Below, piece after piece: positions 9,539 through 18,834 of a DNA stretch of 64,000 nucleotides. Position 1 is the stretch's first letter; each line of letters starts with the position of its first letter. The stretch comes from Candidatus Latescibacterota bacterium (GTDB lineage: Bacteria; Latescibacterota; UBA2968; GCA-2709665). The translations under genes and the position numbers were made by a program. The notes under the pieces were generated by a model. It saw only the letters and a program-made list of their open reading frames with translations, was not told the origin of the DNA and ran no database searches. The stretch is from NCBI GenBank assembly GCA_965248435.1, contig OZ252100.1, forward strand, positions 1,280,001 to 1,344,000, written 5' to 3'.

Positions 9539-10141
9539 TCACGTGCGCGGCAGACTCTGTTTTGTGTCTTCTCTGAAAAGCGCATTCTTTATGAAGTTTC
9601 TCTTTGAAATGAATGCCTCCTCATCAAGCACAGGTTCCATCCGGGTTGTCGTGATCTCCGTCTCCAGATCGACCCAAGACGTGCAGCCTCCGTATGCGGG
9701 TCTAAGGTCTATCTCGCTTGCGCTGAGGAGTCGGAAGACCCTCAAAACCAGGACGAAAAGCGGGCTCTCGGGCTTCCAATCGAAACGATCAGCAATGTAG
9801 GATGCCGACCAGATATGGGTGTCTGAAAGGGCGGTGACGCCGCTGAGTTCAGTCACTGGAACGACGTCGTGAACTTCCGCGAAGAGGCCGATCCTCACGC
9901 GTCCTCCGGGTGGCCTCTGATGGAAGACCTCCTCGACCCAGCCCCGGTACTCGTCCTTAAGAACCTCGGCATCCTGGTGGAAGTAGGTCGGGAACAGAAA
10001 GAAACGATCAGATTCCAGCTTGAATCCCCCCGGGCCCTCCACAATACCACCCTTCCTCAGAAGGATAACCTGTTCACCCCTCTCGAGGGCCTTCACCGCG
10101 ACCGCCCACTCTTTTAGCGCCTTGCGAACCGATTCAGACAT
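9539..10141 (-). CDS. DUF1802 family protein
   Basis: ALKEWAVAV.AL..GEQ.ILLRKGGI.E, F.LFPT.FHQ, YGGC.SW. Confidence 0.85.
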   Translation of the reverse strand: MSESVRKALKEWAVAVKALERGEQVILLRKGGIVEGPGGFKLESDRFFLFPTYFHQDAEVLKDEYRGWVEEVFHQRPPGGRVRIGLFAEVHDVVPVTELSGVTALSDTHIWSASYIADRFDWKPESPLFVLVLRVFRLLSASEIDLRPAYGGCTSWVDLETEITTTRMEPVLDEEAFISKRNFIKNALFREDTKQSLPRT

Positions 10142-10207
10142 CTCGAGGCCAATCCTTAATGTTGCCTACCCTGCTGAGGTCGAAGATTGATGCGAGACAG
10201 CGATCTT

Positions 10208-10555
10208 CTACTCCGCAAGGGCGACGAATATCTTTCCGTCACAGACCTTCACAAGATACTTTCGAACCTGGTAGTGCGGCGCATCCACGCAGGTCCCCGT
10301 GTCCAGATTGAACTTTAGTCCGTGCCAGAGACAGGTAACGAAGTTCCCATCGAACCCCATCGTCCCGATCGGACGTCGATTATGGGGGCAGACATTCTCG
10401 ATGGCGTGAATCTCGCCCTCCGAATTGAAGAGTCCGACTTCCCGCCCCCTGACAGCGACCACCTTTCCGGTTCCCGGAGACAGTTCGCTCACCGTAGCGA
10501 CCGGGATGAATGCGTCCTCCAGCCTTCCCTCAACGACCTTTCCCTTTTTCGTCAT
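10208..10555 (-). CDS. Rieske [2Fe-2S] ferredoxin
   Basis: CPH...CLWHG Rieske ligands, F.L.TG.C. Confidence 0.85.
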   Translation of the reverse strand: MTKKGKVVEGRLEDAFIPVATVSELSPGTGKVVAVRGREVGLFNSEGEIHAIENVCPHNRRPIGTMGFDGNFVTCLWHGLKFNLDTGTCVDAPHYQVRKYLVKVCDGKIFVALAE

Positions 10556-10594
10556 CTGATACGTACGCTCAACATCAAACTCCCCGACGCCCCT

Positions 10595-11485
10595 CTATCC
10601 CACGAGCGCCACCTGATCCGCGGCGTGGTAGGAACTCCGAACCAGAGGGCCCGACTCCACGTGCCGAAAACCCTCCCCCTCGGCGAACGATTTCAATTCA
10701 CGAAATTCGTCTGGATGGTAGAATCTGGAGACAGCTACGTGAGCAGGGGAGGGCCGCAGATACTGGCCTATGGTCAGGATGTCCGTTCCCTGATTGCCGA
10801 TGTCCCGGATCGTCGCCCGGATTTCATCCAGTGCTTCGCCCGCGCCGACCATAATGCCCGACTTGGTTGGAATATCCGGCCGCATCTCCTTCGCCCTTCG
10901 CAGCAACTCCAGAGACCGCCCATATTTCGCCTGCGGGCGCATCCTCCCGTAGAGCCTCGGGACAGTCTCCAGGTTGTGATTTAGAATCTCGGGGCCTGCG
11001 CACATCACGACCTGCAGCGCCCCCCAATCCCCTTGGAAGTCCGGAATCAATACCTCGACACTCGTCTCGGGGCTCAGGATGTGAATCTCCGAAATCGTTT
11101 CGGCGAAGATTGCCGCGCCGCCATCCGGAAGCTCATCCCGGTTCACCGAGGTAATCACGGCGTGACTGAGCGCGAGCGTGCGAACCGCCTCGGCCACTCG
11201 CCCGGGTTCTTCAAGGTCCAATCCATCGGGACGACCCGTCTCTATCGCGCAAAAACCGCAGCTTCTTGTACAGACGTCACCCAAAATCATGAAGGTGGCC
11301 GTACCTCTCCCCCAGCATTCACCGATGTTGGGACAGAGCGCACTCTCACACACGGTATGAAGATTGAGTCCGCGGACCAGGGTCTTGAGCTCCCGATATC
11401 TCTCGCTGCCCGGCGCGGGAACACGGAACCACTCTGGCAGGCGACGACGAGGCCGCTTCGACGGTTGATCAATCTGGAGAAACAT
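10595..11485 (-). CDS. lipA: Lipoyl synthase
   Basis: [23 protein letters not shown] radical-SAM motif, VRSSYHA. Confidence 0.97.
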   Translation of the reverse strand: MFLQIDQPSKRPRRRLPEWFRVPAPGSERYRELKTLVRGLNLHTVCESALCPNIGECWGRGTATFMILGDVCTRSCGFCAIETGRPDGLDLEEPGRVAEAVRTLALSHAVITSVNRDELPDGGAAIFAETISEIHILSPETSVEVLIPDFQGDWGALQVVMCAGPEILNHNLETVPRLYGRMRPQAKYGRSLELLRRAKEMRPDIPTKSGIMVGAGEALDEIRATIRDIGNQGTDILTIGQYLRPSPAHVAVSRFYHPDEFRELKSFAEGEGFRHVESGPLVRSSYHAADQVALVG

Positions 11486-12869
11486 CTGTTCCGTTCTTTT
11501 TTGTCAGAATCCCCATCAGGGTGTGTGAGCTCGCATCCGTGATCTTTACGTCCACGAACGTGTTCACGCGGCTCCCATTCCGTGGAAATACGACCGTTTT
11601 GAACCCGTCCGACTTTCCGACGGCCTGGTCTTCCCCTTTCCGCGCGTCCCCCTGAACGAGGACCTCCACCGTTTTTCCGACAAAGGCCCGATTGACCTCC
11701 CCGGAAATCTCGTTCTGAAGCTGAATCAACCTTTCGAGCCTGCAGATTTTCTCCTTCTCCGGAATCTGGTCAGGAATCCCTCGAAAGGCCGCAGTGCCCT
11801 TCCTGGGTGAGTATTTGAAGGTAAACGCAGAGTCGTAGCGAACGCGCCGAACGAGGTCGAGCGTCTCCTCAAAATTGGCTTCGGCCTCGTTTGGAAATCC
11901 TACAATCACGTCAGTTGACAGGCAGAGACCCGGAACCGCGTCCCGAAGTCGATCGACAAGCCGCAGATACTCGTCGACTGTATAGGTTCGCCTCATCGCC
12001 GAAAGCACCTCGTCGGACCCGGATTGGACGGGGAGGTGAACAAACCCACAAACCTTGTCTTCCCCAGCAATCTGATCGATGAGCTTTTCCGAAAAATCAC
12101 TCGGATGAGGGGATGTGAATCGAATCCTGCGAACGTCCTCGATCCGGGCCACCATTCGGAGCAGGTCAGCAAAGTCGTGCTGTCCGTCGCTGTAGGAGTT
12201 CACCGTCTGGCCGAGTAGCGTCACTTCGCGGAAGCCTTCGGAGGCTGCGACCTCCACCTGCCTAAGCACCTCGCACGCAGGGACACTCCGCTCCCGCCCT
12301 CGTACGTAGGGAACGATACAAAAGCTGCAGAACTTGTCACAGCCTCTCATAATCGTCACCCAGGCGTTCGTGCCCTCTTGACGAATGGGATCCAGTTCGA
12401 GGTAGTCCTCGTCCCGGTCCAGGCGCACGTCGAGCGCAGGCTCGTCCGATGCCTGGGCGATCAGATCCGGCAGTCGCCTGTAAGAGTTCGGGCCCACGAC
12501 AAGGTCAACATAAGGTGCGCGGTCCAGCAGGTCATTCGCAAGATGTTTGGCCATACACCCGCAGACTCCGAGCACGAGATCCGGCCGTCTCACCTTCAGT
12601 CGGCTGAGCTGAGACAGACGCCCCAGAACGCGCTCCTCTGCACGCTCCCGGATCGCACAGGTATTCAAGAGCACGACATCTGCATCTTCAAGGCGGGAGG
12701 CGAAGCGATAATTCGACGCCTGAAGGACCCCGAACACCAATTCGGAATCTGAGAGGTTCATCTGGCACCCGTAGGTCTCGATGAAGACGCGTTGGCCTTG
12801 CCCCTCCTGCACCAAACCCGGTTCCTGCTCGATGTTCAGAATGCCGCTATCCACACAAGGTCCCTTCAT
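11469..12869 (-). CDS. miaB: tRNA-2-methylthio-N6-dimethylallyladenosine synthase
   Basis: [38 protein letters not shown]-terminal TRAM domain. Confidence 0.96.
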   Translation of the reverse strand: MKGPCVDSGILNIEQEPGLVQEGQGQRVFIETYGCQMNLSDSELVFGVLQASNYRFASRLEDADVVLLNTCAIRERAEERVLGRLSQLSRLKVRRPDLVLGVCGCMAKHLANDLLDRAPYVDLVVGPNSYRRLPDLIAQASDEPALDVRLDRDEDYLELDPIRQEGTNAWVTIMRGCDKFCSFCIVPYVRGRERSVPACEVLRQVEVAASEGFREVTLLGQTVNSYSDGQHDFADLLRMVARIEDVRRIRFTSPHPSDFSEKLIDQIAGEDKVCGFVHLPVQSGSDEVLSAMRRTYTVDEYLRLVDRLRDAVPGLCLSTDVIVGFPNEAEANFEETLDLVRRVRYDSAFTFKYSPRKGTAAFRGIPDQIPEKEKICRLERLIQLQNEISGEVNRAFVGKTVEVLVQGDARKGEDQAVGKSDGFKTVVFPRNGSRVNTFVDVKITDASSHTLMGILTKKNGTDVSPD

Positions 12870-14008
12870 CCTTCTCTGGTTTCCCCTTCAGCCTCTCTCA
12901 GCGCCGAGCGAATCTCTTTAATAACCTCCGAGTCCGATTCCGATTCCATCGCAGACCCGAGCGCACGCACGACCACTTCGCCCCCGATCTGCCCCAGTGC
13001 CCACGCCGCGTGTCCCCTGACGAGGGGTTCTGGATCACCGAGGGCGGCGCCCAGCACGCCGATGTCCTCCGTTCGACCCTGATTCCCAATCGCCACGGCG
13101 ACATTCCTCAAGAGCCCGCGGCGCTTCGCCCGTTTGATCGGGCTCCCCTTGAACCGGCCGCTGAAGCCTGCCTGATCCAACTGTAGGAGTTCGTGCAGGT
13201 CGGCGGGCGAGCGCCCCTCCCGGGGCTGGTAGGCGGACTCATCGGTCGGCCCCGCGTGCTTTTCGTTCCAGGGGCAGACCTCCTGGCAGATATCGCAGCC
13301 GTAGATCCAGTCTCCCATCCCGGCACGCAGATGCTCGGGAATAGACCCTTTCAACTCGATCGTAAGATACGAAATACACTGCCGCGAATCCAGCAGATAT
13401 GGCTCTCTTATCGCCTCGGTCGGACACGCTTCGATACAGAGGTTACAGGTCCCACAATGGTCCGTCTCCGGGCGATCGTAGTCGAGCTCCAGAGACAGGA
13501 AGATTTCGCCGAGGAAAAACCACGAACCCCTCTCTTTGTTGATGAGGTTCGTGTTTTTCCCAAACCAGCCCAGGCCGGCCCGAGCGGCCAGGTCACGCTC
13601 GAGAACCGGTCCCGTATCCACGTAGACTTTACCTTCTACGTCGGGTTCGAGCTTGCGAATCTCCTCCAATAGCGCGTGGAGCCGCTTCCCCATCACGTGA
13701 TGGTAATCATCCCCCCTGGCATATCGGGAAATCTTTCCACTCGACGAGGGCACATCCTCAACCTCCTTCGTCTTGGGTTCGTAATTCATCCCAACACAGA
13801 GCACAGACCTCGCATTCGGCAGGACGCACCGCGGGTCGAAGCGGCGATCCAGATTCCTTTCGAGGTAGCCCATCTCACCCCCATACCCCAGCCCCAACCA
13901 ATCCAGGTAGAACGAACGATGTTCGGGCGGTTCGGCGGGGGCCACACCCACAGGCGCAAACCCGAGATCACGCGCGCTTGCCTTGATGTGCTCTGTTAAG
14001 GACGGCAA
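12866..14008 (-). CDS. queG: tRNA epoxyqueuosine reductase
   Basis: ISRYA.G.DYH, VDTGPVLER, CGTC..CI.ACPT.A, CISY.TIE, GCDICQEVCPWN, HEAT-repeat tail. Confidence 0.95.
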   Translation of the reverse strand: MPSLTEHIKASARDLGFAPVGVAPAEPPEHRSFYLDWLGLGYGGEMGYLERNLDRRFDPRCVLPNARSVLCVGMNYEPKTKEVEDVPSSSGKISRYARGDDYHHVMGKRLHALLEEIRKLEPDVEGKVYVDTGPVLERDLAARAGLGWFGKNTNLINKERGSWFFLGEIFLSLELDYDRPETDHCGTCNLCIEACPTEAIREPYLLDSRQCISYLTIELKGSIPEHLRAGMGDWIYGCDICQEVCPWNEKHAGPTDESAYQPREGRSPADLHELLQLDQAGFSGRFKGSPIKRAKRRGLLRNVAVAIGNQGRTEDIGVLGAALGDPEPLVRGHAAWALGQIGGEVVVRALGSAMESESDSEVIKEIRSALREAEGETREG

Positions 14009-14046
14009 TGTTCCTCCTCGAACACGGAATCACTCTGAGGGTATCC

Positions 14047-14083
14047 AAAAAAGGACAGGACACATCCATGTCCTGCCCTTTTC
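14047..14083 (-). terminator. Intrinsic terminator ~40 nt upstream of queG
   Basis: Minus strand AAAAGGGCAGGACAT-GGAT-GTGTCCTGTCCTTTTTT. Confidence 0.75.
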
Positions 14084-14250
14084 TATCACCCTTTCAACCC
14101 GATCCCAGCAGAAGGGGCCTGCGGCCTTTCGTTGAATCCCCCCGATCGAGGTTTCGGCTGATCCCCCCTAACAGACGAGGCCAGCCTACGCCCGGCTGGC
14201 CTTGGTGGGTCTGTCTTCCTTTACGGAGGGAGGCCGCCCTTACCTCCTCC

Positions 14251-14634
14251 TCAAGAGGGCGTTGCTGCTTTCCTAAAGTCCGAGATGGCAGCCTGAATGG
14301 CGTCTTCAGCCAGGGCAGCAGCGTGTTTCTTAGTCGGCGGCAGGCCACCCAGTGCCTGTTCGATATCGCCGCGAGAGATCCTTTCCACCTCTCCGATCGA
14401 GCGACCGGCCACCATGGTGGTCAGGACTGAACTCGCCGCGATCGTCGCCGTGCACCCCTGACTCTTGAACCGCGCCTGGACCACCTTGTGATCGTCGATC
14501 CGAAGATAAAGCTCGATAGAAGCCCCCGAGGCCGGGTTTTCCACCCTGCCGACACCGTCCGGGTTCTTCAGGATGCCGACATTGCAGGGGTCCCTGAAAT
14601 GACGAAGGACCACATCAGAATAGGCTTCGGACAT
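14251..14634 (-). CDS. IscU/NifU-N-like scaffold protein with degenerate Cys ligands
   Basis: YS..V..HF..P.NVG, NPASGA, F...GC..TIA.SS, LGGLP..K.HAA.LAEDA; IscU fold motifs present. Confidence 0.8.
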   Translation of the reverse strand: MSEAYSDVVLRHFRDPCNVGILKNPDGVGRVENPASGASIELYLRIDDHKVVQARFKSQGCTATIAASSVLTTMVAGRSIGEVERISRGDIEQALGGLPPTKKHAAALAEDAIQAAISDFRKAATPS

Positions 14635-14656
14635 CCCCGACCTCACTTAAGGCCGA

Positions 14657-15154
14657 TCAGTGGACATTTTCAAGCGGCCTTCTTGTCGGAGTCAGTGTGA
14701 TGGGGTCTTCAACCTCCAAAAGCATCTCTTTCGTATAGATCAGATCGGCCCGGTTTTCAGCTGCGAGTTCGGACCGCTCGGTCATCACGATTGCATCTTC
14801 CGGGCAGGCCTCCACGCACATTCCGCAGAAGATGCAGCGGAGCATGTCAATTTCGAATCGATTCGGATATTTTTCCCGATCTTGCCACGGTGCCTCGGCA
14901 GCTTCGATCGTGATACACTCCGCCGGGCAGGCTGTTGCACACATGTAACAGGCGACGCACTTGGGCCGCCCCTGCTCATCCTTCGTTAGCTTGTGCAGCC
15001 CTCGGTATCCCTTTGGCTTTTCCCATCTCTCTTCGGGGTACTGAATCGTTATCTTTTTTCCGAACAGGTGTTTGAAGGTCAGCGACAGGCCCTTCGTTAT
15101 TGCCGGAAGATACATTTTTTCGGTTAGCGTCATTTCGTGACCGACTTTTATCAT
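14657..15154 (-). CDS. nuoI: NADH-quinone oxidoreductase subunit I (2x[4Fe-4S])
   Basis: TIQYPEE, CVACYMCATACP, RCIFCGMCVEACP; start re-called at ATG 15154 after GGAGGG. Confidence 0.85.
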   Translation of the reverse strand: MIKVGHEMTLTEKMYLPAITKGLSLTFKHLFGKKITIQYPEERWEKPKGYRGLHKLTKDEQGRPKCVACYMCATACPAECITIEAAEAPWQDREKYPNRFEIDMLRCIFCGMCVEACPEDAIVMTERSELAAENRADLIYTKEMLLEVEDPITLTPTRRPLENVH

Positions 15155-16799
15155 ATCTACGATCTCCCCTCCGGTTCCTGGATCTCCTCCGTCGTTTGCT
15201 CGTTCGACCTGCCCACTCAGACGCAATGGTTTGCCGAATCACGGTAACCTGGATCTGACCCGGGTAAGTCATCTCATCCCGGATCCGCTGCGCGATCTCG
15301 AAAGAAAGCCGCTTGGATACATCGTCGCCCACGCGACCGGCGTTCACCATAACGCGAACTTCCCGGCCCGCGTTTATGGCATAGGCGTCTCTCACCCCGC
15401 CAAAAGACTGGGCGATCTCTTCAAGATCCCGGACTCGTTTTATATACCCTTCGACATCATCCCGGCGCGCTCCCGGCCTCGATGAGGAAATCGCATCCGC
15501 CGCTTTGACCAGGAACGAAATCGGCGTCGTTGCCTCTGCATCCCCGTGGTGATATAAGATGGCATTCTCTACCTCAGGCGGCTCTCCGTATTTGCGAGAG
15601 ATCGTCACGCCGATGTCGGTGTGTGTTCCCTCAACCTCCTGATCGATGGCCTTGCCGATGTCGTGCAACAACGCTGCCCGTTTGGCGAGTTTTTCGTCTA
15701 ACCGCAGTTCGGCCGCCATCGCACCAGTCAGAAATGCAACTTCCTTCGAATGTCCAAGAACGCTTTGACCGTAACTCGTCCGATACTTCAAACGGCCCAG
15801 GAGTTTGATCAACTCCGGGGCCATGTTGTTAATTCCGACCTCCTTGACTGCGAGCTTTCCTTCCTTTTCGATTAGTGCTTCGATCTTTTTCTCACACTCG
15901 GCGGCAACTTCCTCTACTCGACTCGGATTGATCCGACCTTCCTTGACGAGCTGTTCCATGGCAAGGCGCGCAACGTCGCGCTTGACCGGATCGAAGCTTG
16001 AGAGAACCACTGCCTCCGGAGTGTCGTTTACGATAACTTTTACTCCGGTAGCCGCCTCGAACGAAATGATGTTGCGACCTTCTTTGCCTACGATTCTGCC
16101 TTTGATGTCGTCATCGGGTAGCGGAACGACGGATATGGACGACTGAACGGTCTGGTCTGTGGAGCACCTTTCGATCGCCATCGCAATGACCTTCTTGGCT
16201 TCCCGCTCTGATTTCTCCTTTGCTTGTTCCAGAATCTCCATACCCATGGCAGTGGCAGTACGCTGGAGTTCTGAACGAATGTTCTCAAGCAGCATCTCCT
16301 TGGCATTCTCTACGTTCATCCCGAAAATTCGTTCCAGGCGCGTCTGCTGTTCCGTTAAAACACGTCCGAGTTCCTTTTCTCGATTCTCGAGACGCGAACC
16401 CCGCTGTTGGATGGTCCGCTCCACCCGCTTCAGCTCCTTGTCTCGCTGCAGGATGGTCTCGTTCTGATATCCTACTTCGGTTTCTTTCTCCTGGACCTCC
16501 TCGCCCAGCCTCTCGAGTGTCCTCCTCTTCTTACTGAGTTCCCGCTCGTAATTCGCTTTGACATCATACCACTTGTTCTTTTCCTCAAGAAACGCCGCTT
16601 TTCTCTCTCTATCCGCCTTCTCGACTAGTTTCGATACTCGCCGCTCGGTCTGTTCTTCAATCGCACCAATCTTTCGTGATTTGATCTTAGCGCACAGAAA
16701 CCAACCGAATCCGAAGAGGAGAAGGGCACCGGCTGCGAAAATCCACACCCAATATCCCGCCAGCGCCAACGGAGCCTCCTGCATCGTATCGATTCCCAT
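14976..16799 (-). CDS. rny: Ribonuclease Y
   Basis: N-terminal TM helix, coiled coil, KH (KGRIVGKEGRNI), HD (LLHDIGK), AINAGREVRV; C-terminal tail overlaps nuoI. Confidence 0.93.
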   Translation of the reverse strand: MGIDTMQEAPLALAGYWVWIFAAGALLLFGFGWFLCAKIKSRKIGAIEEQTERRVSKLVEKADRERKAAFLEEKNKWYDVKANYERELSKKRRTLERLGEEVQEKETEVGYQNETILQRDKELKRVERTIQQRGSRLENREKELGRVLTEQQTRLERIFGMNVENAKEMLLENIRSELQRTATAMGMEILEQAKEKSEREAKKVIAMAIERCSTDQTVQSSISVVPLPDDDIKGRIVGKEGRNIISFEAATGVKVIVNDTPEAVVLSSFDPVKRDVARLAMEQLVKEGRINPSRVEEVAAECEKKIEALIEKEGKLAVKEVGINNMAPELIKLLGRLKYRTSYGQSVLGHSKEVAFLTGAMAAELRLDEKLAKRAALLHDIGKAIDQEVEGTHTDIGVTISRKYGEPPEVENAILYHHGDAEATTPISFLVKAADAISSSRPGARRDDVEGYIKRVRDLEEIAQSFGGVRDAYAINAGREVRVMVNAGRVGDDVSKRLSFEIAQRIRDEMTYPGQIQVTVIRQTIASEWAGRTSKRRRRSRNRRGDRRYDKSRSRNDANRKNVSSGNNEGPVADLQTPVRKKDNDSVPRREMGKAKGIPRAAQANEG

Positions 16800-17093
16800 C
16801 GGAGCCTCCTGCATCGTGTATTTATCAAGATGAATATTCCACCACCGCCCCACACACCTGCCTGTCGTCGCCTCCAGGCCCTGCCGTTATGCAAAGCCCG
16901 GAGATGTGTCCTACACAGATACGGCCGTGAAAAAAAACCAGCACCTGAGTGGTGAATGCTAGACCCTCGGCTTCGAACCCATCTCTTTGCAACCCGGCTT
17001 TCCAACACCACAACCTCACGAACAATCGAAGGGGAGGAATCACAAAGAACGTGTGCCCCTTTTCCCACCCCGGGCACCGCCTCGCCTGTGAAG

Positions 17094-17417
17094 CTAGACA
17101 CCAAAAGATTCTCCACAACCACATTGATTCGCAGCATTGGGATTCTTGATCTGAAATCCCGAACTCATCAATCCATCATCGAAGTCAATCTCGGAGCCGG
17201 AGAGGTAAAGCGCACTCTTCATGTCCACGAAGACTTTGATTCCGTTGCTCTCAACGGTGTTGTCGTCGTCCTCGGGCGCCTCGATGAACTTCATTTTGTA
17301 CTGCAGTCCAGAGCAGCCGCCACCCACGACCCGCACGCGGAGACCATGATCCGGCGTACCTTCGCGGTCCAGCAACTGTTTTATCTTGCCTGCAGCATGC
17401 TCCGTGACAGTGATCAT
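17094..17417 (-). CDS. iscA: A-type Fe-S carrier (IscA/ErpA/HesB family)
   Basis: GGGCSGLQY, F...NPNA...CGCGESF. Confidence 0.92.
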   Translation of the reverse strand: MITVTEHAAGKIKQLLDREGTPDHGLRVRVVGGGCSGLQYKMKFIEAPEDDDNTVESNGIKVFVDMKSALYLSGSEIDFDDGLMSSGFQIKNPNAANQCGCGESFGV

Positions 17418-17478
17418 TCCGATTAAACCTCCTTCAAACAGCGAATCTTGGGCGGGGATACCCTGCCACCATCTCGTC

Positions 17479-17958
17479 TCAGCTCAGGGAATGAAGGCAC
17501 TGCTTGATTTCACCAAAATCGGGGATCACTTTTGGATCGTCGGAGACAGAAGCGTATCGGACGATGCCTTCCTTGTCAACCACGAAGGCCGATCGCTTCG
17601 CCACCCCTTTGAAGCCAAGCAGCTCTTCATACTGCACTCCGTAACTGGAACAAACCTCCCTGTTGAAATCGCTCAAAAGCGGGGCGGAAATTTGATTCTC
17701 GTTTGCCCAAGCCTCCTGAGCGAAGGGGCTGTCTACACTAATGCCCAAAACCAGGGCATCCAACGCTTCGTACTCATTCAAACCGCTGCTTACCGAACAC
17801 ATTTCATCAGTACAGACTCCCGTATAGGCCAGAGGAAAGAAAAGGAGGACGACCTTCTTCTTTCCTATGTTCTCGGAAAGTGTAACATCCACAAGGTCAT
17901 CACCCTTTTTTCTCTTCAGGGTGAAGTCTGGTGCACGATCTCCAACTTGGATAGCCAT
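17479..17958 (-). CDS. Peroxiredoxin (AhpC/TSA family)
   Basis: FFPLAYTGVCT.EMC, GISVDS, LLSDFN, RSAFVVDK.G. Confidence 0.9.
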   Translation of the reverse strand: MAIQVGDRAPDFTLKRKKGDDLVDVTLSENIGKKKVVLLFFPLAYTGVCTDEMCSVSSGLNEYEALDALVLGISVDSPFAQEAWANENQISAPLLSDFNREVCSSYGVQYEELLGFKGVAKRSAFVVDKEGIVRYASVSDDPKVIPDFGEIKQCLHSLS

Positions 17959-17985
17959 CTAGACCCCTCATTCGATTCTGATGCC

Positions 17986-18597
17986 TCAACCCCTCGCCGA
18001 CTGGTAGCGATCGGCCACTGCATCCCAGTTTACGACACTCCACCACGCCGCAATGTAGTCCGGACGACGGTTCTGGTAATTCAGGTAATAGGCATGCTCC
18101 CAAACGTCCAGACCCAGTATGGGTGTGCCGTCACCCGACATCAACGGATTGTCCTGATTCGGCGTGCTCAGGACGTCCAACTTCCCGTCCTTCAGGACCA
18201 GCCACGCCCATCCGCTCCCAAACCGGGTGGTTCCGGCGGTGGCGAATGTCTCCTTAAAACTGTCTAGTCCCCCAAAAACGCTCCCGATCGCATCGGCCAG
18301 CTCACCGGAGGGTTCGCCTCCGCCAGCCCCCATCACCGTCCAGAAGAGGCTGTGGTTTGCGTGTCCTCCGCCGTTGTTCCGGACGGCGGCCCGGATGTCC
18401 TGGGGAACGCTGTCGATGTTGCGAATGAGATCCTCCACGCCCTTCGATTGCAGGTCTGCGTGACCTTCGAGCGCGTTGTTGAGGTTCGTCACGTACGCGT
18501 TGTGATGTTTTCCGTGATGGATCTCCATCGTCCTCGCATCGACGTGCGGCTCCAAAGCGTCGTGAGAATACGGCAGGTTCGGCAGTTCGTGTGCCAT
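17986..18597 (-). CDS. sodA: Superoxide dismutase (Mn/Fe)
   Basis: [33 protein letters not shown]. Confidence 0.95.
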   Translation of the reverse strand: MAHELPNLPYSHDALEPHVDARTMEIHHGKHHNAYVTNLNNALEGHADLQSKGVEDLIRNIDSVPQDIRAAVRNNGGGHANHSLFWTVMGAGGGEPSGELADAIGSVFGGLDSFKETFATAGTTRFGSGWAWLVLKDGKLDVLSTPNQDNPLMSGDGTPILGLDVWEHAYYLNYQNRRPDYIAAWWSVVNWDAVADRYQSARG

Positions 18598-18658
18598 GAT
18601 TCCAGCTCCTATTTTGCTGCACAGGTGAAGATTCGCGAGATCAAGTCAATTTCGGTCA

Positions 18659-18687
18659 AATATAACCAACTATATTAGATGCGTCAA
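18659..18687 (-). promoter_or_regulatory. Sigma70 promoter of the sod-prx-iscA unit
   Basis: TTGACG-N17-TATATT on the minus strand. Confidence 0.7.
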
Positions 18688-18834
18688 GTCTTTTTGCCCT
18701 ACCTTAACTAGATACAATTACTTGTACTTACGCTACATCTAGGCCCATTCTGGGGCGCCCGCAAGATTGCCAGCCAGGACCTTTTTGTAAGTATGTAATC
18801 ACTTACATTGCCTCCGCGCAAGGACGAGCTATCC

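Noticed and set aside
14205-14235. SRP RNA domain IV (TCCGTAAAGGAAG on minus strand)
   Set aside because: The conserved CAGG and AGCAG internal-loop strands are missing.
14251-14634. Selenocysteine recoding as the reason for missing Cys in the IscU-like protein
   Set aside because: The codons are TCG and GCT, not TGA.
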